A stretch of 64,000 bases of DNA from Bacteroidota bacterium. Lineage in GTDB: Bacteria; Bacteroidota; Bacteroidia; Flavobacteriales; Weeksellaceae. The position numbers and the translations under genes are program-made. The stretch lies in the NCBI GenBank assembly GCA_023386965.1, contig JAEWIR010000039.1, positions 856 to 64,855 of the forward strand, written 5' to 3'. Positions 18,111-28,611 of the stretch are shown here, piece after piece; position 1 is the first letter of the stretch, and each line of letters starts with the position of its first letter. Below the pieces are notes generated by a model. The model was not told where the DNA came from. It searched no databases and saw nothing but the letters and a program-made list of their open reading frames with translations.

Positions 18111-19115
18111 ATGAACAAGGCTTTCACGGCAATTCTAACAGCTTTTGTGCTTTCCTCCTGCGCAACGGCGAACCTTACCTATGAAGGACGCGCCTTCAGG
18201 ACCAGTTCGGAAACGATTACTGAGGCGGATCTTAAAAGACATCTTTATATTATTGCGTCCAACGAAATGGAGGGGCGGGAAACAGGCTCCGAAGGTCAAA
18301 AGAAAGCCGGACGGTATATGATTGCAGAATACCGCAAAATGGGTGTCGCGCATCCGGAGGTGCTGACAGATTATTATCAGAAAGTTCCTAAGGAGGCACT
18401 GAACAGCCGGCGCAGCAAACTGAATGATTCCGAAAACATCCTGGCATTTATAAAAGGCAGTGAAAAGCCTGAGGAGATCATCGTAATCTCTGCGCACTAT
18501 GACCATGTAGGCATGAAGAACGGGCAGATTTACAACGGAGCCGATGACGACGGCACCGGTACGGTGGCTTTGATGGAAATTGCGGAAGCATTTAAAAAAG
18601 CGCAGAAAATGGGTAAATCGCCTAAACGTTCTGTCCTTTTCCTGCATGTTACAGGCGAGGAACATGGTTTGCTGGGCTCAAAATACTATGCCGATAATCC
18701 GGTGTATCCTCTTGCGAATACGGTAGTGAACCTCAACATTGATATGATTGGCCGCAGCGATGCCGAAAATGAAGGTAAGGATTATGTGTATGTGATCGGT
18801 TCAGAAATGCTGTCGAGCGAACTGAAGGTGATTAACGAGGCTGCCAACAATGCTACGCAGAAACTTGAACTCAACTATAAATATGACGATCCTAACGATC
18901 CGCAGCGCCTTTATTACAGGTCGGATCACTATAATTTTGCCAAAAACGGCATTCCGGTAGCCTTTTTCTTTGACGGTATTCATGCCGATTATCACCAACC
19001 CACGGACGATCCCGAAAAGATTGATTACAGGCTGCTGCGCAAACGAACGCAGCTCGTGTATGCGACGGCCTGGGAACTGGCCAACCGCGACGCCAGGATT
19101 GTGGTGGATAAATAA
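18111..19115 (+). CDS. M28 family metallopeptidase, lipoprotein
   Basis: Lipobox LSSC; SAHYDH, GADDDGTG, GEEHGLLGS, NIDMIG, RSDH, DYH. Confidence 0.92.
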   Translation: MNKAFTAILTAFVLSSCATANLTYEGRAFRTSSETITEADLKRHLYIIASNEMEGRETGSEGQKKAGRYMIAEYRKMGVAHPEVLTDYYQKVPKEALNSRRSKLNDSENILAFIKGSEKPEEIIVISAHYDHVGMKNGQIYNGADDDGTGTVALMEIAEAFKKAQKMGKSPKRSVLFLHVTGEEHGLLGSKYYADNPVYPLANTVVNLNIDMIGRSDAENEGKDYVYVIGSEMLSSELKVINEAANNATQKLELNYKYDDPNDPQRLYYRSDHYNFAKNGIPVAFFFDGIHADYHQPTDDPEKIDYRLLRKRTQLVYATAWELANRDARIVVDK

Positions 19116-19140
19116 GAAGCTTACATATCTTTCAAACAAA

Positions 19141-19176
19141 GAAGCCGTTTCAATTGCTGAAACGGCTTCTGCTTTT
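19141..19176. terminator. bidirectional terminator between the M28 gene and the tRNA
   Basis: GAAGCCGTTTCA-attgc-TGAAACGGCTTC. Confidence 0.75.
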
Positions 19177-19178
19177 AG

Positions 19179-19250
19179 TAGCCTCACCAGGAATCGAACC
19201 TGGATCTAAAGTTTAGGAAACTTCTATTCTATCCGTTGAACTATGAGGCC
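19179..19250 (-). tRNA. tRNA-Arg(CCT)
   Basis: Reverse complement GGCCTCATAGTTCAACGGATAGAATAGAAGTTTCCTAAACTTTAGATCCAGGTTCGATTCCTGGTGAGGCTA. Anticodon loop TTCCTAA, T-loop GTTCGATTC, promoter TAAATTTG at 19261-19268(-). Confidence 0.95.
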
Positions 19251-19404
19251 CTGAGGTGCGCAAATTTACAAAAGTTTTGAAAAAGCAGGCGCCATTCCCG
19301 GTTAAATTTTGTGACTAAACATTGTGCAACCTTCTAACCAAATAGAAGAATCCGCTCTTTAGGAACGGATTCAGCAGATAAAGACATCTCATTTTTTAAT
19401 TAGA

Positions 19405-19437
19405 CAAAAAAAAAGAGAAGCCGACGGTGCTTCTCTC
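19405..19437 (-). terminator. intrinsic terminator (minus strand)
   Basis: Minus strand GAGAGAAGC-accgtcg-GCTTCTCT followed by a long U-run. Confidence 0.75.
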
Positions 19438-19604
19438 AAATATATTAAGTTTTAATAGTTTCAACCCAGTATGTGCTGTTTGACCTCATTGTCTTTAATT
19501 TCCTGTAAATGTAAGATTTAAATCAATACGGAAGATGAACCAAATGTTAAAATTCACATGTTACTAACAATTTTTTGTAGATAACTATGGATTTCGAACA
19601 GGCA

Positions 19605-20507
19605 TTATTTTTCTGAAATTTCAAATTCCTCCTTAAGCAGCTTAATCAGTTCCTGTTCTGTCAGACCTTTTTCAGATTTGAAATAAAAATGCACAAGTTC
19701 ATCTTCTGAAACTTTATATCCTTTTCCAATAGTCAGATCCACAATATCCTGCAAATCTCTGTTGGTAGCTTCAATCATATAAATTTTATCTTCCAGTCTT
19801 TTATGAGTTATTATCCAGGCGTTATTTTCCAAACAAAAAAGTCCCTCTACCCGCAATTCATAGTTGGCGGTCTTGATATTGATGAGTTCAGTGTTCTGGT
19901 ATGCAAGATAAGGTACAGTGATCAGAACAAAATTGAAAAATGTGTGAAAAAGGATGGCCCACAAAAATCCAAGCCGAAGACGGATATATCCCAGAAAGAG
20001 GCCTGTGACCGACTGCGAAAGTATAAGTAGAGGCAGCAGCAATATAAACAGCCAGTTCCATTCATTTTCAAAATTTAATGAATGGATCAAGCCGAACAAA
20101 ACAGCAACCAGATAGAAAATGATCTTAAAATTCCTTTGCCAGAAAGAAGAAAACAAAGGTCGGCCCACAATTTTATCGGCCAGCCGCACCAAATAGTTCC
20201 TTTCCGGTTTCAGCGGAAACCTGAAGACAAATTCTTCCCAAAGAGGTGCAGCAATCGTTGCGAGAAAAAGCAGCCACCAAATTGTTTGTGGCCGCAGCTT
20301 TCCCTTATGTTCGATGTCAATCAGATAATAATCAACCAGACTGACCACCGGTATTATTACTGATACGTTAATTAGAATCGCAGCAAAAAACAGCACCGTG
20401 AAGATCCTGTATCTATCGTGTGCAGATATCCTGTCAGAAAAGCGGTCCCTGGGACTTTTTAAAAACTGTAAAAAATCCTTAATTGTTTTGGTTATATCGT
20501 TGATCAT
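19605..20507 (-). CDS. CPBP (Abi/CAAX) family intramembrane metalloprotease
   Basis: APLWEEFVFR, LFGLIH, AILFH..FN. Confidence 0.85.
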   Translation of the reverse strand: MINDITKTIKDFLQFLKSPRDRFSDRISAHDRYRIFTVLFFAAILINVSVIIPVVSLVDYYLIDIEHKGKLRPQTIWWLLFLATIAAPLWEEFVFRFPLKPERNYLVRLADKIVGRPLFSSFWQRNFKIIFYLVAVLFGLIHSLNFENEWNWLFILLLPLLILSQSVTGLFLGYIRLRLGFLWAILFHTFFNFVLITVPYLAYQNTELINIKTANYELRVEGLFCLENNAWIITHKRLEDKIYMIEATNRDLQDIVDLTIGKGYKVSEDELVHFYFKSEKGLTEQELIKLLKEEFEISEK

Positions 20508-20508
20508 T

Positions 20509-23295
20509 TTACAGTTTTTCCTTCAGAAACCTTGCGGTATGCGACTTCTTATCTTTTACAAGGTCTTCCGGGGTGCCGGAAAAAACAACTTCACCTCCAT
20601 GCTTGCCCGCATCCGGACCGATGTCAATGATATAATCTGCCGATTTAATGATATCCGGTTGGTGCTCAATGACAATCACCGAATGTCCCAATTCAATTAA
20701 CGCCTGCAGCGAAACCAAAAGTTTATTGATGTCATGGAAATGCAGTCCTGTGGAGGGTTCATCGAAAATAAAGAGGGTCTTGTCGGTCGTAAAGCCTTTC
20801 ACCAGGAACGAAGCCAGTTTAATACGCTGCGCCTCACCACCGGAGAGGGTAGAGGAGCTCTGTCCCAACTGAAGATAGCCCAAACCTACGTCCTGAAGCG
20901 GCTGTATCTTGGTGACGATCTTTGTTTCCTTGTTTTCGCTAAAGAATTCCAGGGCCTCATCCACAGTCATATGCAGGATATCTGAGATGTTCTTGTCGTC
21001 AAACTTCACTTCAAGGATCTCACTGCGGAAACGGGTACCATTACAGCTTTCACAAACCAACTCAATATCGGCCATAAACTGCATGGATACATTAATGACC
21101 CCTTCACCTTTACACTCCTCGCAGCGGCCGCCGTCCACATTAAACGAAAAATGCTTTGCCTTATAACCCATCATTTTGGAAAGCTTCTGCTTCGTGAAAA
21201 GTTCACGGATGTCGTCATAAGCTTTCAGATAGGTCACCGGATTGGAGCGGGACGATTTACCGATGGGATTTTGGTCAATAAGTTCAATGTTCTTTACCAG
21301 CTTTTTGGGAAACTCCACGCTGTCGTAGTCGCCCTTCTTTCCGCCCATGCCCAACTGGATCTGGATCTCATTGGTCAGGATTTCCTTCATCAGAGTCGAT
21401 TTTCCTGATCCTGAAACGCCCGAAACGACCACCAGACTCTCCAGCGGGACACTCACATCAATATTTTTCAGGTTGTTTTCCCGTGCGCCTTTTATCTCAA
21501 TGAATTCTTTGGCCTTACGGCGTTTAGCGGGTGTTTTAATCTCCAGCTTGCCGGTAAGGTATTGCGCGGTAAGCGAATCCGATGTCTGCAGTTCGTCATA
21601 ATGACCCGCAAAAACCAACTCACCGCCCAGATAACCTGCCTCGGGACCGATATCAATGATATAGTCTGCAGCCCGCATCACATCTTCGTCATGCTCCACT
21701 ACGATCACGGTATTTCCAAGGTCCCTCAGATTTTTAAGCACGCCAATCAGATTTTCAGTGTCCTTACTGTGCAAACCGATGGAGGGCTCATCCAGGATAT
21801 AGATGGATCCCACCAGTGAACTGCCCAGACTGGTGGCCAGGTTAATACGCTGGCTCTCACCACCCGAGAGGGTGTTGGAGGTCCGGTTCAGTGTAAGATA
21901 GCCCAATCCTACTTTATCCAGGAACTCCAGACGGGTGGTAATTTCGTACAGCAGCCTTTTTGCGATTTCCGCATCGTGCGGACTTAAATCGAGTGATTTT
22001 ACCAGAGGAAGCAGTTCGTTCAGCGGCAGTTCAATCATTTCCTGTATATTGTGACCGTCAACCTTAACCCACTGGGTTTCCTCACGAAGCCTGAGGCCTT
22101 CACAGGTGGGGCAAAGTGTTTTTCCGCGGTACCTGGAGAGCATCACGCGGTACTGTATTTTGTAAAGGTTGCCTTCCACCATTGCAAAGAAGGCGTTGAT
22201 GGAAGGGAAATTGGCCGAGCCGTCGCCTTTCCAGAGCAAATTGCGCTGTTCTTTAGTCAGCTGATGATAAGGTTTATGAATAGGAAACTCGCCGCCCACC
22301 CATTTTATGAAGGATTTCTTCCATTCGCCCATGCTTTCACCTTTCCAGGCTGCTACAGCGTCTTCAAAAACCGACAGGTTCTTGTTGGGGATCACAAGGT
22401 CTTCATCAATGCCGATTACTTTGCCGTAGCCCTCACACTGCGGACAGGCACCGTAGGGATTGTTGAAACTGAAGAAATGGACATTGGGTTCCATAAACTC
22501 CATTCCGTCCAGCTCAAACTTATTGGAGAAGTCGTATACCTCGCCGGAATCAATATTTTTAAGTGAGCAGTAGCCGTGTCCTTCGTAAAAGGCCATCTGT
22601 ATGGAGTCGGCAAGTCTCTGCAGGAAATGTTCGTCTTCCTCATACACAAACCGGTCGATCACCAGATGGATTTCCATGTCTTTCTCGGGCGTAAAGCCGA
22701 AACTCTCCAGATCCTCAATACCTGCAACATTGCCGTTTACTTCAAGCCTTGTAAAACCCGTTACTTTCAGGGAGTTCAGGGTTTGCGTAAATGTGTCCGG
22801 GCTGAACTGCAGTGGTGCCCGAAGCAGGAAGGCGGTACCGTGGGCCTCTTTAATAAAGTTAATGACGTCCGTTACACTGTCTTTGCGCACTTCCCGGCCC
22901 GAAACCGGCGAGAAAGTATGTCCTATCCTGGCAAAGAGCAGTTTGATATAGTCATAGATTTCGGTTGATGTCCCTACTGTTGAACGCGGATTGGAGGAGA
23001 TGACCTTCTGTTGAATGGCAATGGAAGGTGCCAGCCCTTTAATGCTGTCTATCTTGGGTTTCTCCAGTTTGCCGAGGAACTGTCGGGCGTAGGAGCTCAG
23101 GCTTTCTACATAACGGCGCTGGCCTTCGGCATAGATGGTGTCAAAAGCCAGGGAAGATTTCCCGCTGCCCGAAACACCGGTAATGACTACAAGTTTGTTT
23201 TTCGGAATGCGTACATCAATATGTTTCAGATTATTGAGATGTGCATTCTTAACAAAAATCTCTTTCTTAATATCTATATTTTCGGCTGTATCCAT
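20509..23295 (-). CDS. uvrA: excinuclease ABC subunit A
   Basis: Two ABC ATPase modules (GVSGSGKS twice, LSGGE), zinc fingers, EGQRRYVESLS. Confidence 0.97.
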   Translation of the reverse strand: MDTAENIDIKKEIFVKNAHLNNLKHIDVRIPKNKLVVITGVSGSGKSSLAFDTIYAEGQRRYVESLSSYARQFLGKLEKPKIDSIKGLAPSIAIQQKVISSNPRSTVGTSTEIYDYIKLLFARIGHTFSPVSGREVRKDSVTDVINFIKEAHGTAFLLRAPLQFSPDTFTQTLNSLKVTGFTRLEVNGNVAGIEDLESFGFTPEKDMEIHLVIDRFVYEEDEHFLQRLADSIQMAFYEGHGYCSLKNIDSGEVYDFSNKFELDGMEFMEPNVHFFSFNNPYGACPQCEGYGKVIGIDEDLVIPNKNLSVFEDAVAAWKGESMGEWKKSFIKWVGGEFPIHKPYHQLTKEQRNLLWKGDGSANFPSINAFFAMVEGNLYKIQYRVMLSRYRGKTLCPTCEGLRLREETQWVKVDGHNIQEMIELPLNELLPLVKSLDLSPHDAEIAKRLLYEITTRLEFLDKVGLGYLTLNRTSNTLSGGESQRINLATSLGSSLVGSIYILDEPSIGLHSKDTENLIGVLKNLRDLGNTVIVVEHDEDVMRAADYIIDIGPEAGYLGGELVFAGHYDELQTSDSLTAQYLTGKLEIKTPAKRRKAKEFIEIKGARENNLKNIDVSVPLESLVVVSGVSGSGKSTLMKEILTNEIQIQLGMGGKKGDYDSVEFPKKLVKNIELIDQNPIGKSSRSNPVTYLKAYDDIRELFTKQKLSKMMGYKAKHFSFNVDGGRCEECKGEGVINVSMQFMADIELVCESCNGTRFRSEILEVKFDDKNISDILHMTVDEALEFFSENKETKIVTKIQPLQDVGLGYLQLGQSSSTLSGGEAQRIKLASFLVKGFTTDKTLFIFDEPSTGLHFHDINKLLVSLQALIELGHSVIVIEHQPDIIKSADYIIDIGPDAGKHGGEVVFSGTPEDLVKDKKSHTARFLKEKL

Positions 23296-23552
23296 GTATG
23301 AATTTGAGGACTACAAAATTACACAAAATTTAAGTGTAAACCTTCCTGACTTTAGGCTGCTGCATTGCAATTCTTACTACCTTTCAGTAATACGTTAGGG
23401 TTAATGATGATTCATTTTTATCTTACTCCGCCCACAACGTTTCATTCTGCAAAATCAGTCAGCTTTATTATCTTTGCCGCTTCAAATTCAGGCGGTTTTA
23501 ATTGTCGTAAAGAGCCGGATAAAGTGCTTCCTGATAATAATGAGATGGTAAG

Positions 23553-25361
23553 ATGAAGTTAAAAATTCTTGGATTGCTGTGTATGGGGTTGTGTGGTCAG
23601 TTTAGTGCCCAGACAGCCGAATCTGAAATCAGTGAAGTGTTCATTCACGGTAAATTTCTGAATCTCCCGGTTCACAAAGTGAGCGAGAACATCACCGTGA
23701 TCACGAGAGAAGAGATACGCAGTTCCCCGGCCAACAGCGTGGAAGAAGTCCTTGCGCAGATCACAGGTTTTGATATCAGAAGAAGGGGTGGGAACGGAGT
23801 ACAGGCCGATATTTCCCTGCGTGGAAGCAGCTTCGAACAGGTTTTGATCCTGGTGAACGGTGTCCGGATGAATGATTCACAAACGGGTCACAACTCAATG
23901 AGTGTTCCATTTGACCTGGCCTCTGTAGAAAGGATAGAAGTTATAAAAGGTCCCGCGGCCAGAAGGTTCGGGCAGAATGCTTATGCAGGAGTGATCAATA
24001 TCGTTACCAAACCTGCGGCAAAAGATGCGGCTACCGTCTCTGCCAGCGGCGGCGATTTTGCTGCTTATTCGCTGGGCCTGGGCGCCCATCTTCAGACAGA
24101 CCAGGTGGCTCATTTCGTGCAGCTGAATTCCTCAGGTTCTGAAGGCTACAGGTACAATACAGATTATACCATCAACAATATTTTTTATCAGAATCAATTT
24201 CGCGCGGCAAATGTAAATATGCGCTTCCAGGCCGGCATCCAGGAGAAGAAATTTGGCGCCAACGGTTTTTACGCAACGGCTGCAGCCAAAGACCAGTACG
24301 AAGAAACCCAGGCTTCTGTAGTAAGCTTCAGTGCCGACAGGAAATGGGACCGCTGGACCTTTAACTCCAATATTTACTGGCGCCGCGGCCAGGATATTTA
24401 CGAATATGTACGCGGAAAACCTGAACTGTACCGCAATATTCACATCGGCAATAATATTGGCGGCGAGATTAACACTACTTTATTTTCGGTATTAGGAACA
24501 ACAGGGATAGGCGCTGAAATCCGTAAGGAATTTCTGGCCAGCAACAACCTGGGCCACCGGGAACGTTTTATAACCCAACTTTTTCTGGAGCATCATTTTT
24601 CTTTTTTTGATGACAGGCTGGATGTGTCACCCGGCATTTCATGGTCGGCTTATGACCGCGAAGGAAATTTTTATTATCCGGGAATCGATGTAGGATTTGA
24701 CCTTAGCCCCACCCATAAAATATACGGAAACGTGGCCAAAGTTAGCCGCATTCCTACCTTTACAGACCTTTATTACCTGAGTAAAACAGAATCGGGCAAT
24801 CCATCACTGCAGCCTGAACATGCTGTTTCGGCGGAAATGGGGTACCGCTATCACCGTAAAGGTCTGGAATTGAAAGTCAGCGGATTTCTGCGGGATTCGG
24901 ACAATTCAATTGACTGGATTAAGGCCGGCGAAAACGATCTCTGGCGTGCCGAAAACATGGGAAGACTTTATACGCAGGGTATAGAGCTGGAAGCCCGGCA
25001 GCAACTTGATTCATTTGTGCAGTCCTGGTCGTTGGGATACACTTTTCTGGACAACAGGGCAGAACAGCCCGCAAATCTGTGGTCCCGCTATGTGATGGAA
25101 AACCTGAAGCATCAGGTAGTAGCCAAAATGGAAAACAGGCTGATAAAAGGAATGACAGCACAATGGGTATACCGCTATAATGAGCGGGTTTCTACGGGAA
25201 GCTACCAACTGATAGACCTAAAACTGAATTACCTTTATAAACATCTGCATCTTTTCCTGACCATTAACAACCTCACTTCCACGAAGTATACGGAAACCTT
25301 TGGTGTACCTATGCCGGGACGGTGGTTTCAGCTGGGATTCAGTTACCGGATTGGGTTATAA
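23553..25361 (+). CDS. TonB-dependent receptor
   Basis: Signal peptide, plug RG...LILVNG, ERIEVIKGP..R.FG..A..GVINI, beta-barrel C-terminus PGR...LG.SY. TATCTTTG promoter at 23469-23476. Confidence 0.9.
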   Translation: MKLKILGLLCMGLCGQFSAQTAESEISEVFIHGKFLNLPVHKVSENITVITREEIRSSPANSVEEVLAQITGFDIRRRGGNGVQADISLRGSSFEQVLILVNGVRMNDSQTGHNSMSVPFDLASVERIEVIKGPAARRFGQNAYAGVINIVTKPAAKDAATVSASGGDFAAYSLGLGAHLQTDQVAHFVQLNSSGSEGYRYNTDYTINNIFYQNQFRAANVNMRFQAGIQEKKFGANGFYATAAAKDQYEETQASVVSFSADRKWDRWTFNSNIYWRRGQDIYEYVRGKPELYRNIHIGNNIGGEINTTLFSVLGTTGIGAEIRKEFLASNNLGHRERFITQLFLEHHFSFFDDRLDVSPGISWSAYDREGNFYYPGIDVGFDLSPTHKIYGNVAKVSRIPTFTDLYYLSKTESGNPSLQPEHAVSAEMGYRYHRKGLELKVSGFLRDSDNSIDWIKAGENDLWRAENMGRLYTQGIELEARQQLDSFVQSWSLGYTFLDNRAEQPANLWSRYVMENLKHQVVAKMENRLIKGMTAQWVYRYNERVSTGSYQLIDLKLNYLYKHLHLFLTINNLTSTKYTETFGVPMPGRWFQLGFSYRIGL

Positions 25362-25376
25362 GCGGCTTTTTTAGAT

Positions 25377-25820
25377 TCAATATTTTTCCTTCAGGTAAAG
25401 GTAAGCTTTCAGGTATTTGTTGAGCCTTTTCATGTCTTTTTCGGTCATCGGCTTTGTAAACCGCCGGATGTCCATATTATCACGCAGATCGTTGAGTTTA
25501 ACAGCCACGGCCAGCGGTGACTTTTCAATTTGTTTAATGAATTCCGTGTAATCCTGATCTGGTGGATTTTTCGTTAGACATTCAACAGCGAAAACGATGT
25601 GGTTGGGGAAGCCTTCCTGCAACAGGTAGTCCAGCGTAATTTCGGGACAGTCTTCTATGGTATCGTGCAGGACTCCTACCATTTTTTCATCATAGGTCTT
25701 GCCGTAATTCATCACCCGCATAATATGCCCCACATAGGGTGCGCCAAATTTATCGGTCTGGTTACGGTGGGCTTTGGTGGCAATGCTGACTGCCTTATTC
25801 AGAAGTTCTTCTTTCGTCAT
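25377..25820 (-). CDS. HD-domain phosphohydrolase, small alarmone hydrolase (Mesh1/SpoT-HD)-like
   Basis: AH..Q.DK.G.PY..H...V, LHDTIED, VKLND..DN. Confidence 0.75.
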   Translation of the reverse strand: MTKEELLNKAVSIATKAHRNQTDKFGAPYVGHIMRVMNYGKTYDEKMVGVLHDTIEDCPEITLDYLLQEGFPNHIVFAVECLTKNPPDQDYTEFIKQIEKSPLAVAVKLNDLRDNMDIRRFTKPMTEKDMKRLNKYLKAYLYLKEKY

Positions 25821-25823
25821 CAC

Positions 25824-28082
25824 TTAGATTTCCACATTCAGTTTTTCAATCTTCTTCCTGTTGCCCACCACCCAAACAATGTCGTCCAGCTGCAGGATTT
25901 CAGAGGATTCAGGATTCAGGATCCGTTCATCGCCGCGTCGGATGGCAATCACAAGTCCGTCGGTCTTGTCACGTATACCGGATTCCTGAATGGTAAGGCC
26001 TTTCTTAGGTGAATGATGATTGATGAGGATCTTGCCGAGTTTAATATGGTCAATATTTTCTTCTTCGATGACTTCCTGACTGTCGAAAACTTCCTTAAAG
26101 ATCTGGAACTGGTCATCGGTAGCTATGATGCCTACCTTGTCGTAGGGCATAAGCACCTGATAGCGGTCCGGCGTATGGATAAGTTTGCCGCCGCGGCGTA
26201 TATATCCGATGTTAATGCCGTATTTCTCGCGCCACTGAAGGTCTACCAGACTGCGGCCAATATAATCCGCCAGCGGTTTTACTTCCAGTTCAATGATATG
26301 TACATCCCAGGCTGCCAGGCTTTCTTTGATATTGGAAGTGCCGGCAAGGGTGGTTACAGCTTCAGGATCGCCCATTTCGGAGCGGTCGTTCAGGTTGGTG
26401 ATAAACCTGCTTTCTATACGGCTGTAAAATTTATTAAGCCTGTTCGAGAAGATAACCATGAGCACAATTGCTACCGGAATGGTGATGAAGAAAGAGACCG
26501 TTGTTGAGGCGAACCGGTCCAGAAAAAAACCTAAGATTCCGATGCCGATTGAAAACCGGATAATTTCTATGATCAGCAGCGGCCCCCGGCTGTATTTGGT
26601 CTTGGTCCACAGTTCGCGGTAGGCCACGGAATTTGGCCTTTTTACCATAAGCGCCCAAAGGAAAGGCAGTATAAAGAGCACCGGTAAGGCATTGCCAATG
26701 ATGTTCTTCAGACTGTTGCTTTCCAGGTTATCGTTGATGGCGGGAATGATAAAGTTTGCAAAAAGCAGATAAATGGCCATGATGATGATTCCGTTAATTA
26801 CGATAATCCGCGCATAGCTTGTAAGTATGGTCTTCCAGCTGTTTTCGGCCTGGATGTTCTGGGTATTGGAGGAATAGCGGTTGATCTTCTCAATATATTT
26901 GGGCGGTACGACGCGTACCAGCCAGTTATAAAACGGTTCGGAAAGTTTGATAAGATAAGGTGTGGTGAATGTAGTGATGGCCGAAACGCCCACCGCGACC
27001 GGGAAGAGGAAATCCGAGATCACACCCAGCGAAAGTCCGAGGGTGGCTACGATGAAGGCAAACTCACCGATCTGCGCCATACTCATCCCCACCTGAATAG
27101 ACTGTTTCAGTGGCTGTCCGGAGATCAACGCTCCCAAGGCCGAACTGAAAAGTTTGCCCACAATGGTCAGGATGGTTACGATGAAGATGGGCCAGGCATA
27201 GGTAATCATGGCTTCATAATCGATCATCATACCTACGGAGACAAAAAACACGGCTGCAAAAAGATCTTTTACAGATTTCAGTGTATGCTCCACTTTTTCG
27301 GCCACGGTTGTTTCAGCGATGATGGATCCCATAACAAAAGCGCCAAGTTCTGCCGAGAAACCAACATTCACAGCGATCAGTACCATGCCCAGACAAAGAC
27401 CGATGGACAGGATGAGCAGAATTTCGTCATCAACCAAAGGTTTTATTTTCTTGAGCAGGGTAGGGACCAGGAAGATGCCCAGCAGGAACCATAAAATAAG
27501 AAAGAACAGCAACTTAACTACGGTAAAGAGGATCTGTGTGCCTTCAAATTCCTTAGTGACCGCAATGGTGGAGAGAAGTACCATCAACAAAATCACCACA
27601 ATATCTTCTACGACGAGAACACCAAAAACTGTCTTTGCAAAATTCTTGGTCTTCACACCAAGTTCATCAAACGCCCTGATGATGATGGTGGTAGACGAGC
27701 TCGCCAGCATACCACCCAGAAACATACTGTCCATCACGCTCCAGCCCAGCCAGCGCCCGGTATAGTAACCTGCTATGGTAATGAAAATAATCTCCACAAA
27801 AGCCGTCACTGAGGCTGATCCTCCCACGTTCATCAGTTTCTTGAAACTGAATTCCAGTCCGAGACTGAACAGGAGGAATATCACCCCGATCTCTGCCAGG
27901 GTTTTGATATTGGCACTGTCCACCACCGACGGGAAAATGTTCAGGTTTGGGCTCACCAGGAAACCCGCGATAATATATCCCAGTACAAGAGGCTGCTTGA
28001 TTTTCCTGAAAATAATTACGACAAAAGCCGCCACTATCAATATCAATGCTAAATCCTCTATCAACTTTGGTAGGTGTCCCAT
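25824..28082 (-). CDS. CPA2 cation:proton antiporter with two TrkA-C (RCK-C) domains
   Basis: LGYIIAG, LLFSLGLEFS, SSSTTII, LVVED, FFVSVGM, QIGEFAF, plus a soluble C-terminal region. Confidence 0.9.
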   Translation of the reverse strand: MGHLPKLIEDLALILIVAAFVVIIFRKIKQPLVLGYIIAGFLVSPNLNIFPSVVDSANIKTLAEIGVIFLLFSLGLEFSFKKLMNVGGSASVTAFVEIIFITIAGYYTGRWLGWSVMDSMFLGGMLASSSTTIIIRAFDELGVKTKNFAKTVFGVLVVEDIVVILLMVLLSTIAVTKEFEGTQILFTVVKLLFFLILWFLLGIFLVPTLLKKIKPLVDDEILLILSIGLCLGMVLIAVNVGFSAELGAFVMGSIIAETTVAEKVEHTLKSVKDLFAAVFFVSVGMMIDYEAMITYAWPIFIVTILTIVGKLFSSALGALISGQPLKQSIQVGMSMAQIGEFAFIVATLGLSLGVISDFLFPVAVGVSAITTFTTPYLIKLSEPFYNWLVRVVPPKYIEKINRYSSNTQNIQAENSWKTILTSYARIIVINGIIIMAIYLLFANFIIPAINDNLESNSLKNIIGNALPVLFILPFLWALMVKRPNSVAYRELWTKTKYSRGPLLIIEIIRFSIGIGILGFFLDRFASTTVSFFITIPVAIVLMVIFSNRLNKFYSRIESRFITNLNDRSEMGDPEAVTTLAGTSNIKESLAAWDVHIIELEVKPLADYIGRSLVDLQWREKYGINIGYIRRGGKLIHTPDRYQVLMPYDKVGIIATDDQFQIFKEVFDSQEVIEEENIDHIKLGKILINHHSPKKGLTIQESGIRDKTDGLVIAIRRGDERILNPESSEILQLDDIVWVVGNRKKIEKLNVEI

Positions 28083-28351
28083 TTTGCGTAAATCTGTATT
28101 TTCCCAAAAGTAAGGAAATGCTTAAGTTTTTCAAAGGAATAATTCATTAAAGTTGCATTATGTGCACTCCATTAAATTCCGCCATTTTTATGTTGAAGGG
28201 CGGTTTACCAATTATCCGGCACGTGAAGCAGAGACCTTATGGAGCCCTCCCAAAATCCAGCTATTTTTTTTTCTGATGATATGTTTCATATTGACTGACG
28301 CCGAAAAAGTGCTTAACTTTAGTCTGTAATAATCCACAAAAAGTTTACACC

Positions 28352-28588
28352 ATGGAAAACCACATTCTTATTAACGAGTTTCCTGAGTATGTGCAGAAAA
28401 TCGCAGAGCTGAAAACCAAAGACGATGCATTCCGTAAAATGTACGTCAACTATGAGGAGGTGAATGCCCTCATTCAGCATTACGAAGACGGTGAGGTGAA
28501 TCACACCACTGATGAACACCTGACTGAACTTCGCAAAAAGAGACTGTATCTGAAGGATGATATTTATTCTTACCTGCACACCAACTGA
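28352..28588 (+). CDS. YdcH/DUF465 family small protein
   Basis: H....EFPE....I..LK..D..F ... LRKKRLYLKDDI. Confidence 0.8.
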   Translation: MENHILINEFPEYVQKIAELKTKDDAFRKMYVNYEEVNALIQHYEDGEVNHTTDEHLTELRKKRLYLKDDIYSYLHTN

Positions 28589-28611
28589 TTTTCCGGATTA
28601 CAATTACTTCA

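Noticed and set aside
19179..19250. tRNA-Arg as integration site of the island
   Set aside because: It is 2.5 kb from the island with two ordinary genes between. No duplicated tRNA 3' end or integrase was seen.
20648..23398. Numerous antisense ORFs over uvrA and similar shadows over other long genes
   Set aside because: They are codon-bias shadows of well-supported genes and have no motifs of their own.
23476..23552. Cobalamin or TPP riboswitch before the TonB-dependent receptor
   Set aside because: The leader is only ~75 nt and lacks the conserved boxes; only a weak hairpin is present.
28216..28232. Second sigma54 promoter (CGGCACGTGAAGCA)
   Set aside because: The -12 TTGC element is not at the required spacing.
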